Shown here piece after piece: positions 1-9,431 of a stretch of 64,000 nt of DNA. Below the pieces are notes generated by a model. That model was not told the origin of the DNA. It worked only from the letters and a program-made list of their open reading frames with translations, and ran no database searches. A program made the position numbers and the translations under genes. Within the stretch, counting starts at the first letter, position 1, and each line of letters opens with the position of its first letter. The stretch spans positions 291,271-355,270 of the forward strand of contig CANMRV010000003.1 of assembly GCA_947500435.1 (NCBI GenBank), in the 5' to 3' direction. The DNA is from an uncultured Flavobacteriaceae bacterium. GTDB lineage: Bacteria > Bacteroidota > Bacteroidia > Flavobacteriales > Flavobacteriaceae.

Positions 1-542
1 GAATCCATGAAATAGGATAGGTTGGGAGCGCTATAGGTTGTACCTGTGACTAAGGGTAATTGCGTGGCAACTTTCCAATTAAGGTCTTCTCTCAGCTTAA
101 AATCAACCTGAGCCTTGCGCTCACTTAAACTAGGTGCATACATAAATGTAGCAGGAATATTCAAGTGCGCATGGGTTTCGTCAATCTGTGCATAGGTACC
201 ACCACCACGATTGGCAAATAGGGTGTAGCTTAAATGAACTGTGCCATCATGACCTGTAATATTCCACTCATACGGGCTAGGACGCGTAATCTTCAATCTT
301 TTTCCTTTACCATCTGTAGCCTTTACCTGATATACATTCTTGGCAAACTCATGGAGTGCATATCGTCCAGGAGATGTCCTACTCATACGAACCCTAAGTA
401 CATTGGTGTCAATTTCAGGAAAGGTTGCTTTTACTTTTGCCTCATGATGAACCGCGTTCTCAAAAGAGATTTCATAGGTATTGGTTTGAGAAAAACCGAC
501 TAGGGAAATATTAAAAAAAAGAAATAAAAAGAATGACTTCAT
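1..542 (-). CDS. Secreted protein, 5' part (gene runs off the left edge); possibly the N-terminal domain of an M61-type peptidase
   Basis: Reverse-complement of 540..542 is ATG, followed by a signal-peptide-like MKSFFLFLFFNISLVGFSQT and then an open frame to position 1. Missing from the ORF track because no stop lies in the window. The 234..503 (+) track ORF is antisense to it. Confidence 0.5.
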   Translation of the reverse strand, partial: MKSFFLFLFFNISLVGFSQTNTYEISFENAVHHEAKVKATFPEIDTNVLRVRMSRTSPGRYALHEFAKNVYQVKATDGKGKRLKITRPSPYEWNITGHDGTVHLSYTLFANRGGGTYAQIDETHAHLNIPATFMYAPSLSERKAQVDFKLREDLNWKVATQLPLVTGTTYSAPNLSYFMD

Positions 543-733
543 AGTAGAAATAGTTTGTCAACTAAGATACCAATTCTTCCATTTGTATTTTCAAAACACC
601 ATTGCCGGTTTTTTTGTTAAGGATAGAGGAGGGATACTTCATATGAACCATTAATGCATATGAAGATAAAGCCGAAAGCCCGACTTTGGCACTTTTTGCC
701 AAAGGAACACCCAAAAGATGAAACACATTAAGT

Positions 734-3700
734 TTATCGCACAATTATCTTTCGAAGTGAACTACCGTAGGGTGTTTCCAAAAGCACGGCATAAACCCCT
801 GAAGGCATGCCCGAAAGATCAAAAGGAATACTATACGACGTATCTCCCGTTCCTCTTTCAGAGGCCATCATGGCGTTATTAGCAAAATTGAAAATCTTAA
901 TACTGATGTTGCCTCGTTCAGAAAGGGAAACGTCAGCAGTAAATCTTCCCGTTGTTGGATTAGGATAAATAATAAAATCTTCTACTAGTTTTCTAGAATC
1001 ATCATCTTCGTTAACGCTACCATCTTTTGCAATAACTAATACTTTTTTAGTTTTTTGTGCAATGCAATCACCGCGTTGCGTAACTAGGGTGATTTCGTAT
1101 TCGCCTGCTTGGTCAAAGATTAATTCGACCTCATCGGAATCTTGTTTTACCACAGTGACTCCTTCCGGCACCTGCCATTCAACAACTTCAGGAAGTGGGA
1201 AACTAATATCTACAGCCACTAAAACTTCGCCAGTAAACACTTGACTAGACACGGCGAATTCTGCATCAATTTCATTAGTGCTCACCTCTAAAAATAGGGT
1301 TCCTATGGCAGTACAACCAGAAGCGGTTTGTACGGTAACGGTATAGTTTCCTGTGGTGGTTAGTGTGACATTAGGTTCAGAACTTGAGAATCCATTATCC
1401 GATGTCCATGTGTAAGTCGCTGTTTCATTTTCAACAGTTGCATCGAGCTCTAGTACCTGGTCGACACAAAGCACCCGATTTGGGCCTAAGTCAACTTCTA
1501 GAGCTAATGGGTCTTCAAGGGTATAGTTACGTGTCAAAGGTCCGTCACCAAAACCTGTAATGGTAACAGAGTAATTACCCGCACCTAAATTCGAAATGGT
1601 ATTTGTAATTTCCCCAGTACTCCAGAGATAGGTAAAAGAACCATTTCCTTGATTAACGAGAACTGAAATACTTCCATTGGTATCGCCTTGACAGCTTGGT
1701 TGTACAATAGTATCTTCAACGATATCAGGTTGCGTTACCTCATAGGTTTCGGTAGTATTACAACCATTGGCATCAGACACGACAACCGTATAATTATCAG
1801 CAGCAAGAGCTGTAAGTGTTCGGCTATTTCCTGCAGGAGTATTGTCTGAATCTTTGGTCCAGTTTATGGTGTAAGGGTTTGATCCACCAGTAATAATAAG
1901 GGCGATGCTCCCGTTATTTGCTAAATATTCTGAGACGTTTGTTACGGTTGCTTCTAATTGAAGCGCATCAGGCGCAGGATTTATGGTTATCTCTAATAAA
2001 TCAGAACAGCCATTAGCATCAAACACCTCGACAAAATAATCACCAGCTTCAATATTCGCTAAATTTTGAGACGTTGCACCATTACTCCATTGAAATGTAT
2101 AGGGAAGAGTTCCTCCTTGAACATTAATATTTATGCTACCACTGTCATCACCGCTACAAACAATATCAACTTTGTTTTGAAGCGTCACTTGTAAGGCATT
2201 TGGTTCAGTAAGAGGAAGTACGTTTGAATTTCGACTTATTCCATTTGCGTCGGTAACTCTTAAAAAATAGTTGCCGGCAGCAAGGTTACTAATCAGGTTT
2301 GTGGTTTCGCTTAGAGCAGTATTATTTCCTTCCTGAAACCATTGATAGGTATAATCAGGCACCCCTCCTTGAACGTCTGCGATTATTTCACCAAATTCAT
2401 CTCCGTTACAAAGAATTTCCTCGTTTATAGTAAGCATGATTATAATGGCTCCTGGTTCATCAATTGTAATAGAATCTGAAGTAAACGAACAACCATTTTC
2501 GTCTTGAACCGTTACCACATACTCGCCGGCAATCAAACCTGAAATATCTTCGTCGGTTGTTGGTATAAAACCAGGTGGGCCAACCCAACTAAAATTCAAA
2601 TCACCAGTACCCCCACTAGCTGCAATATCAATGGCACCATCTGCGAAACCTGCTGCACTAAGGGGGGTTGCTACTGTACTTAAAGTAATTGCTGGTGGTT
2701 CATTGATAGTGAATGCGGCATCAGCAATACAGTCATTGCTATCTCTTACTCTTATACTATAGGTTCCTAAACCTAAAGCATTAAATGAGGCTTGAGCTTG
2801 GTAATTTACACCAGCATCAATAGAGTATTCATAGGGCGGAATACCGCCACTTACAGTAATCGTCACGGAGCCATTTGCTTCACCAGCACATTGCGCATTA
2901 GTAGAAACTACTTGCGCATCTAAAATGGCAGCAGGGTCACTAAGTGTAACTGGGTTGCTGCTTACCACGTTAGGGGGGTTGACGGCATCATCGGTAACCG
3001 TAAGCGTATACGTTCCTTGAGGAACATTGTTCAGGTTCGGACCGGTTTCACCAATCAAATCACCTAAAACAGCTTCTGACCATTGATAGCTAAGGTTGCC
3101 AGTTCCTACGACCGTGGTTTGAATATTACCATTGTTTTCCCCAAAGCATGGATTTTTTGTAGAACTGACGGTTATGGTGAGGATACCAGGCTCGGCAATT
3201 GTAAAAATTCTTTCTAGGGTACAGCCATTTTCATTTGTAACAATGACCGTATATACTCCAGCAGCTTTCCCAATCAGGTTCTGAGTGGCTTCGTTAACTG
3301 TTCCTGGGCCATTCCATTGATAGGTATAATTTGTGGCATCACTAGTGAATGCCAATGTTATACTTCCATCACTTGCATTTTGTGCAGTTGCGTTTGTTAC
3401 TATGATGTTGGGTTCATCCCAGACAATTGGTGGTGATGGGTCTATGGTAACTCCCGAAGTAATTAGGTCACAACCGTTGCCGTCCCTTATCCAAACGGAA
3501 TAGGTGGCCGCAGCTAGATTTTCAAAAAGTGGTGGATCTTGAAAGTCTATTCCATCAATACTATAAGTATAGTCTTGAGGGTTTCCGGGTTCACCGCCTT
3601 GAACGTTTGAAATTACGATTGTGCCTGTATCATTGGCGGCACAACTTGCTGTTGTGACAATATCGGCGGTAATGGCTTGTGGTTCCACAAGAACAACCGC

Positions 3701-6700
3701 TGCACTATTACCAACAGCATTTGGAGTTGAACCTAGGTCTATTACATTCAAGGTATATGTGCCTTCGCCTACGTTATTTAGGGTAAGTCCTGTTTCACCA
3801 GGCAAATCACCCAAAATGGCCTCTGACCACTGAAGCGTGTATGGTCCCGTACCTGCGATTGAAGCGGTTATGCTACCATTGGTTTCTCCGAAACATGGGT
3901 TTTGCTGAGCTGCTATATTTATAGATAAGGCGCCGGGCTCACTTATCATGAAATCTTGAGGAAAAGTACAACCGGCATCATCAGTTACTATAACACTATA
4001 GGTTCCTGGACCCAAACCAGAAACGCTTGGATCTATTATGCCGCCTACATTAGGGCCTGACCATAAATACCGGAATCTTGGAGCAATACCATCATCAAAG
4101 CCACCTTCAAAAACAGGCGTAATTGCACCATCCATTAAGCCTTCTGCAGATACGTTCGTCACTATACTAGCAGCTTCATTCCATGTGATAGCTGGAGTAG
4201 CTGCAATGTTCACGGTTTGCGTAAGAATACATCCTCCATTTTCTCGAATTCTGACGATGTGGTCTCCTTCCGAAATACCAGTAAAGGTACCTGAAAACTC
4301 AAAATTATTTTCATCATCAACACTATAACTGTAAGTAGGGTTTGGATTTAAGGTTCCTCCAGCAACATTAGATATTGTGATTGTGCCTGTATCGCCATTG
4401 AAACAACTTGGTGTTAGGTCTATCATGGCAGAAATTGCAGCAGGTTCTTCTATGATTACCGTATTGGGACTTAGAAGCGGCCCTATATCTGCATCTTGAA
4501 CAGACAAACGATATTCACCTGGGGCAACTCCGATCAGTGTAGCTGTATTAAGACTGTTGGTTTCAGAGTCAACTACTGTTCCGTTTGGGCTACCATCTAC
4601 CAAAATCCAAGTATAGGTAACTGGCAGGGTGCCTTGAACTAAGGCGGTCAACGTTCCATCGTTTTCACCGTTACAGGAAACATTGGTTCTTGTAAAGGAC
4701 TGAATTGACAAGGGGCCTGGTTCGATAATCAGTATGGGCCCAAGCGTTCTTTCACAGTTTTTTTCATCTCGAACTAGCACCGAATAACTTCCGGCTAATA
4801 GATTTTGAATATCTTGTGTATTGTTTGCATAAGGTCCGCCACCATTCAGTAAAACACCTGTCCATTCAAAAGTATAGTTAGCTACATTGCCATTCCCCCC
4901 CGATACATCTATAAAAATAGCACCGTTATTTCCTCCATTTGTGGTTACGTTTTGATGCAGAAGTTCATCTTCAGTTACCGTTAAACCATTAGGTACAAAT
5001 ATGTTGTCTAACTCATTAGTTGATTCACACCCAACAAAATCAGATGTGTTTCTTCTTGTACGAAACTTAATGTCATCATATGTTCCCGTTTGAGTAATTG
5101 GAATTTGAAGGTTTGGGTCTAGGTCAATCCAAGTTCCTAGGTTTCTATAGGAATATTGGAGAAGAGGTCCCGTTTCTGATACTGAAATTTCGATATACCC
5201 GTTTGCCGTTCCATTACAACCAAGACCAACAACATCTACTAAACCAATGGTTAACTCAGGAGGGTTTACTAAGGTAAATGTTTCGGTTGCTACGGTAGCG
5301 GGCACGTTAAAATCTCCAGAATTATAGATGACCTCAATGCTATAGGAACCATTACTCAAGTTATTAGCAGTTATAGTCACTGGTGTCGATGGAGATGCAG
5401 CTCCATTGCCAGTGGAAACTTGAGATCCTACATTATCTAATATCCGATACGCATACGGACTTACAGGGTTTGTAATTACCATAGAAACACTACCATCGTT
5501 ACCGTTATTACAAAATGGATCTGTGGGAACCGGCTCCTGCAACATGGGTATGGGAGCTGATTGAAGTTCGTAGGTGTCGACACTAGTAATAGTACACGGA
5601 TTGACATCAATAGCCCTAAGATAATAGGTGCCGGCAGGCAAGCCAGTAAAAATATGATCTCGGTCGTTACCTGTCAAAAGAGTTGATTGAACTAAAGCCG
5701 GATTTGCTGCATCATTAAAAATCTGTAAGGTGATAGGCGATACGCCTCCATTTAACTCAACTTCGATAGAACCGTCATTGCCACCTGGTGTTGGATCTTG
5801 CCCTATTCTAGTATTCGTTGTGTCAAATTCGAAAGTAGGGACAGGGTCTATAGTAACTACTTGAGAAGCATTACCAATACAAGTAGCTGACGTTCTTGCA
5901 TAAAAGATATAACTTCCTACATCAAGATTCGAAAAAGTAGCTGTAGGGTTGTCCCAATTAATAGCGCCTCCATCTTTTTGAATGCCATATTCCAGAGTAG
6001 CATTCGGGTTTGGGTCAAAACCTCCACCTGCGCCAACCAAGGTAACTTCTCCAAGGTCTCCAGAACAAACAGGCTGAGTAATATTGTTGGTTGGTATGGA
6101 AATGCTTATTTCAGCGGGCTGCCTAATGGTAAACGTTTGTTCAATGAGCTCTCCGCTTTTTACAACTACAGGATCAGAATTGTAATCCACCTCTTGGTAA
6201 ATAATATAATAATTTTGTTGATTTTCTTCACCAGGTGGAGGATTTGGATTGGTATTCATTCCATCAAGTTCTGAATAAGTGCCTCTAAAGCTGCCATCAC
6301 CATTCGCTACAAGTGGACCTGAAGGACTTGTGGGACTAAACAATACTTCATCGAAAACTTGATTTGGGAAGGTAGTCCCGTCAACAGTTTCAACAACCCC
6401 TGTAAAATCAGTATAATTTCCTTGAAAAATAAAGTAACGCATTCCAAAATTGGTCTCAACATCATTTTTAAAATTCAAGGTAATTGATCCATCATTTGAA
6501 TTATCATTTGAATTGTCATTAGAACTATTGCATGATGCATCTACTATTTGAATCGGGTCAGTTTCTCTCAATTCAATGGAGCATGCTCTTGGAGTTAAAG
6601 CTAGGATAGCACTATGAGCAGGAGTGGAGGGATTCTCTACATACCGTACTATTACATCTATAATTCCCAAATCGCTTGGACTTTCGTTCGTAATATCTGT

Positions 6701-7351
6701 CAAATCAAAGGTGAAGCTAGAAGATTTAAGACCATAAGAAGATAGTTCTCCTTGGGCTATAATACTACCTAACGGATCTCTTAATCTATAATCTAAAGCA
6801 TAAGAAAATTGAGCGGCTTGACATGCTTCTGCAACCTCAATGGTGTAGGGTTCACAGTCTTGTAAAGTAGTATCATCATTTAGATCTGATAATAGTGAAG
6901 GAAGTTGTACTATTCGACCATAATTCTCGGTAATGTTTACGCAAGGACTCCAATTCCTTAACGCGGTATCAAGTAAATTTTCCCTACATCCGTCAAATAG
7001 GCCAAAAGTATTATTGAAAGGTTGAAAGTTATTTTCTGGACATTCAGTATCATAAAAATATCTCAACTGAGTTTCTGGGGCGGGAGTGGTAATTACATCG
7101 TCAAATTCTGTGATTAATCCATTCTCATCGTCGGGAAAGCGCAGATTTTCATTGTAGATATCTATACCAGAAGTAAAAAATCTTATTCTTAGATCACTAT
7201 AATCGTCATCATTTGTATCATTGTCAGGATAATCATACAGATTATGTTCAATGTTATACTCTACTTTGTATTTGGTTTCTTGCCCAAAAAGCGTATTGCA
7301 AAATGAAAAGAGAAAAATAAAAATAAGTTGACCGTATAAGAACCTCTTCAT
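734..7351 (-). CDS. Giant cell-surface adhesin with tandem SprB-type repeats and a T9SS type-A C-terminal sorting domain
   Basis: 2205 aa with an N-terminal signal peptide. Many ~35-aa repeats of the form C.G..(N/D)G.I.....GG..PYTYQW (SprB repeat signature). C-terminus IYPNPTTGRFT...GVYAVLLETPYGSSLRKIIVR resembles the Por_Secre_tail / T9SS CTD. Confidence 0.8.
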   Translation of the reverse strand: MKRFLYGQLIFIFLFSFCNTLFGQETKYKVEYNIEHNLYDYPDNDTNDDDYSDLRIRFFTSGIDIYNENLRFPDDENGLITEFDDVITTPAPETQLRYFYDTECPENNFQPFNNTFGLFDGCRENLLDTALRNWSPCVNITENYGRIVQLPSLLSDLNDDTTLQDCEPYTIEVAEACQAAQFSYALDYRLRDPLGSIIAQGELSSYGLKSSSFTFDLTDITNESPSDLGIIDVIVRYVENPSTPAHSAILALTPRACSIELRETDPIQIVDASCNSSNDNSNDNSNDGSITLNFKNDVETNFGMRYFIFQGNYTDFTGVVETVDGTTFPNQVFDEVLFSPTSPSGPLVANGDGSFRGTYSELDGMNTNPNPPPGEENQQNYYIIYQEVDYNSDPVVVKSGELIEQTFTIRQPAEISISIPTNNITQPVCSGDLGEVTLVGAGGGFDPNPNATLEYGIQKDGGAINWDNPTATFSNLDVGSYIFYARTSATCIGNASQVVTIDPVPTFEFDTTNTRIGQDPTPGGNDGSIEVELNGGVSPITLQIFNDAANPALVQSTLLTGNDRDHIFTGLPAGTYYLRAIDVNPCTITSVDTYELQSAPIPMLQEPVPTDPFCNNGNDGSVSMVITNPVSPYAYRILDNVGSQVSTGNGAASPSTPVTITANNLSNGSYSIEVIYNSGDFNVPATVATETFTLVNPPELTIGLVDVVGLGCNGTANGYIEISVSETGPLLQYSYRNLGTWIDLDPNLQIPITQTGTYDDIKFRTRRNTSDFVGCESTNELDNIFVPNGLTVTEDELLHQNVTTNGGNNGAIFIDVSGGNGNVANYTFEWTGVLLNGGGPYANNTQDIQNLLAGSYSVLVRDEKNCERTLGPILIIEPGPLSIQSFTRTNVSCNGENDGTLTALVQGTLPVTYTWILVDGSPNGTVVDSETNSLNTATLIGVAPGEYRLSVQDADIGPLLSPNTVIIEEPAAISAMIDLTPSCFNGDTGTITISNVAGGTLNPNPTYSYSVDDENNFEFSGTFTGISEGDHIVRIRENGGCILTQTVNIAATPAITWNEAASIVTNVSAEGLMDGAITPVFEGGFDDGIAPRFRYLWSGPNVGGIIDPSVSGLGPGTYSVIVTDDAGCTFPQDFMISEPGALSINIAAQQNPCFGETNGSITASIAGTGPYTLQWSEAILGDLPGETGLTLNNVGEGTYTLNVIDLGSTPNAVGNSAAVVLVEPQAITADIVTTASCAANDTGTIVISNVQGGEPGNPQDYTYSIDGIDFQDPPLFENLAAATYSVWIRDGNGCDLITSGVTIDPSPPIVWDEPNIIVTNATAQNASDGSITLAFTSDATNYTYQWNGPGTVNEATQNLIGKAAGVYTVIVTNENGCTLERIFTIAEPGILTITVSSTKNPCFGENNGNIQTTVVGTGNLSYQWSEAVLGDLIGETGPNLNNVPQGTYTLTVTDDAVNPPNVVSSNPVTLSDPAAILDAQVVSTNAQCAGEANGSVTITVSGGIPPYEYSIDAGVNYQAQASFNALGLGTYSIRVRDSNDCIADAAFTINEPPAITLSTVATPLSAAGFADGAIDIAASGGTGDLNFSWVGPPGFIPTTDEDISGLIAGEYVVTVQDENGCSFTSDSITIDEPGAIIIMLTINEEILCNGDEFGEIIADVQGGVPDYTYQWFQEGNNTALSETTNLISNLAAGNYFLRVTDANGISRNSNVLPLTEPNALQVTLQNKVDIVCSGDDSGSININVQGGTLPYTFQWSNGATSQNLANIEAGDYFVEVFDANGCSDLLEITINPAPDALQLEATVTNVSEYLANNGSIALIITGGSNPYTINWTKDSDNTPAGNSRTLTALAADNYTVVVSDANGCNTTETYEVTQPDIVEDTIVQPSCQGDTNGSISVLVNQGNGSFTYLWSTGEITNTISNLGAGNYSVTITGFGDGPLTRNYTLEDPLALEVDLGPNRVLCVDQVLELDATVENETATYTWTSDNGFSSSEPNVTLTTTGNYTVTVQTASGCTAIGTLFLEVSTNEIDAEFAVSSQVFTGEVLVAVDISFPLPEVVEWQVPEGVTVVKQDSDEVELIFDQAGEYEITLVTQRGDCIAQKTKKVLVIAKDGSVNEDDDSRKLVEDFIIYPNPTTGRFTADVSLSERGNISIKIFNFANNAMMASERGTGDTSYSIPFDLSGMPSGVYAVLLETPYGSSLRKIIVR

Positions 7352-7354
7352 ATT

Positions 7355-9415
7355 TTAATATTTTACATTAATCTTTTTAATTACCGATACACTACCTTTA
7401 CTTAAAACCAATTGAAGTCCGTATGAATAATTTGAGTTAATCTCTAGATCCACATCATTATATCCCTTGGTATCTTTATCTAAGCTTTTGTATAATTTCA
7501 AATTATTTTTTTCAGTACCACGATATAAGCGAAACTCTAATACTTCGTGGTCTTTAACCTTCCATGAAAGGGCAATAAATCGCAGTTCACGATTAACAGT
7601 TCCTGAAAATTTGATATCATCTTCGTTTAATGTTTGACCTTTCCAAACGATGCTGATGGAATTGGAAGGAAAACTTTCTAAGCCTACTGAGTCTTTCGCA
7701 ATAAGGGTATAGTAATAATTGTTTGGCTCTAATTCTTTTGAATCTAAAAAAGTCGTGTCAGTTTGAATAGTAGATTCAAAAACTTGTTCCCATTTTGTTT
7801 CTGATGTATCTCCACTTCTGCGATATACTCTATGTGATGCAATATCAGAACTGCTACTAGGAATCCAATTTAGGCGAATGCCTTCTTCAGTAACCTCAAA
7901 CTTGGTAAGCACCGGAGGAGAAGGTGGCACCAAATCAGGTTTGACTATAGTTAACATAGCTGAAAGTTCAGAGCGATTGTAACGCTGATCTTCCGCCTGA
8001 AGTTTATAATAGATTTTTTGGTTTAAGTTCACTGCGGGAACAGTATCAAAATAAGTCTCGCCCTCTAAAGTTTGGTTGGTAACTTCACTAAATTCTACTT
8101 TCGGATTGTTCGCTCTAAAAATGCGATAGCCAGCCAGATCTTCTTCCAAATTCTTATCCCAGCTGATAGTTATAATACCTGTTGTATCCATCTTACCGAT
8201 AAGGCCAACAGGAGGTTTTGGCGGAATGGAATCCACAGGTTGTACCATGGAAGTAAATGATTCACTATCAAGTCCATTTTTTCCTTTGGCTATGATTTTA
8301 AAATAATTGATTCGCTTCAAGTTTGTTACTCGCGTACTACGCTCTTCTGGAGGGATACCTTGCTTAACGATTTCAAAAGGCCCTTTATCGGTACTGCTCC
8401 GTTGCAATTCGAAGCCTGAAATACGTTCGTTTCCTTTTTCATCAAAATTCCAAAATAAGATAGCTTCTGTATCCGTAGGAATCTCTTTTCGATAAATTCG
8501 GGGCACGAATTCGAGTTCCTTTTTAGCACCACCAAATACCACCTCTGAAGGCTCGCTAGTTTCATTGAAAGCTGTTTTTCCTTTGATACGATAATAGTAA
8601 GGCTCTCCGTTAGGAATGGAATCTGTATAGTATAAAGACAGTGATTCGGTACCATCATTTTGCTCTGCATTAAAAATGGGTAATCCGTTGAGTTGCGAAA
8701 AATTACTATTATCAACAGAACGTTCAACTATATAGCTGGTATAAATGCTTTGTAGTAAACCAAAGTTCCAACTTAGTTGCGCATAGCCATCACCAAAGGT
8801 GGCTGCTAGGCCTATAGGGAGGGGTAATTTTTCATACAAATCCGTACTAGCATAAACAGCACCTTCTTTGATTTTTAAAGTAGATTCTTGGGGTAGGGCA
8901 ACGCTAATCGTATATACATACTTTTCTCCTGGTATTACGGACTTATCTTCAAAACCCCACCCTGCCATTTTAGCAGCTTCAAAATTTTGCTCTGCTGCCA
9001 GTAGCGCAATAGTAAAGCGTTGTTCTAATTCTTCGCTAATCGCATACAATTGACCCATTTCACTGCCTGGGGTCGTAACTTCAAAACTATCACCGAACAA
9101 GGCTTGTGCCAGTACCGCAACATTTTGATCTTGATTTGCCAAAGTCGCCCAATTTTCCAACGGCTGTGGTTTTAAGGGAGTATTCGTAAGCATTTGTCGT
9201 TCTATAGGAACCACGGGCATATCATTTCTGGCTATCGTGGCGCGTTCAACTAAAAACCCGTATGTATTGGCTTGTTGCCAACCTAGAGGTTCATTGACAG
9301 CCCAGCGTAACATTGTTTTATTCGGTAAAGGGCGTGCAATAACCTGAACCGATGTGGAATCTTGTGCCCAGCATAGTTTGCCGATAAAAATGAATATAAG
9401 AAGTAAATGTTTCAA
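7355..9415 (-). CDS. Secreted fibronectin-type-III-rich protein
   Basis: 686 aa with a signal peptide (MKHLLLIFIFIGKLCWAQ). Repeated fn3-like blocks (YYYRIKGKTAF, IYYKLQAEDQ, YYYTLIAKDS, YSYGLQLVL). Only 3 nt from the adhesin gene, so likely co-transcribed. Confidence 0.6.
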   Translation of the reverse strand: MKHLLLIFIFIGKLCWAQDSTSVQVIARPLPNKTMLRWAVNEPLGWQQANTYGFLVERATIARNDMPVVPIERQMLTNTPLKPQPLENWATLANQDQNVAVLAQALFGDSFEVTTPGSEMGQLYAISEELEQRFTIALLAAEQNFEAAKMAGWGFEDKSVIPGEKYVYTISVALPQESTLKIKEGAVYASTDLYEKLPLPIGLAATFGDGYAQLSWNFGLLQSIYTSYIVERSVDNSNFSQLNGLPIFNAEQNDGTESLSLYYTDSIPNGEPYYYRIKGKTAFNETSEPSEVVFGGAKKELEFVPRIYRKEIPTDTEAILFWNFDEKGNERISGFELQRSSTDKGPFEIVKQGIPPEERSTRVTNLKRINYFKIIAKGKNGLDSESFTSMVQPVDSIPPKPPVGLIGKMDTTGIITISWDKNLEEDLAGYRIFRANNPKVEFSEVTNQTLEGETYFDTVPAVNLNQKIYYKLQAEDQRYNRSELSAMLTIVKPDLVPPSPPVLTKFEVTEEGIRLNWIPSSSSDIASHRVYRRSGDTSETKWEQVFESTIQTDTTFLDSKELEPNNYYYTLIAKDSVGLESFPSNSISIVWKGQTLNEDDIKFSGTVNRELRFIALSWKVKDHEVLEFRLYRGTEKNNLKLYKSLDKDTKGYNDVDLEINSNYSYGLQLVLSKGSVSVIKKINVKY

Positions 9416-9431
9416 TTTATGTGTCAGTTTG

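Noticed and set aside
234-503. 89-aa plus-strand ORF from the track
   Set aside because: It lies antisense within a longer minus-strand frame that has a good signal peptide and ATG start at 542. The peptide is low-complexity and Cys-rich with no recognisable features.
562-744. 60-aa minus-strand ORF overlapping the adhesin gene stop
   Set aside because: It sits in a short intergenic or overlap region and overlaps the 3' end of the 2205-aa gene. No start context or motif. Likely chance.
8326-8727. Internal and antisense small ORFs inside the giant genes (e.g. 8326..8727, 16371..16817, 19388..19690, 20564..20890)
   Set aside because: All are nested in or antisense to long, well-supported ORFs. 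They are typical six-frame artefacts.
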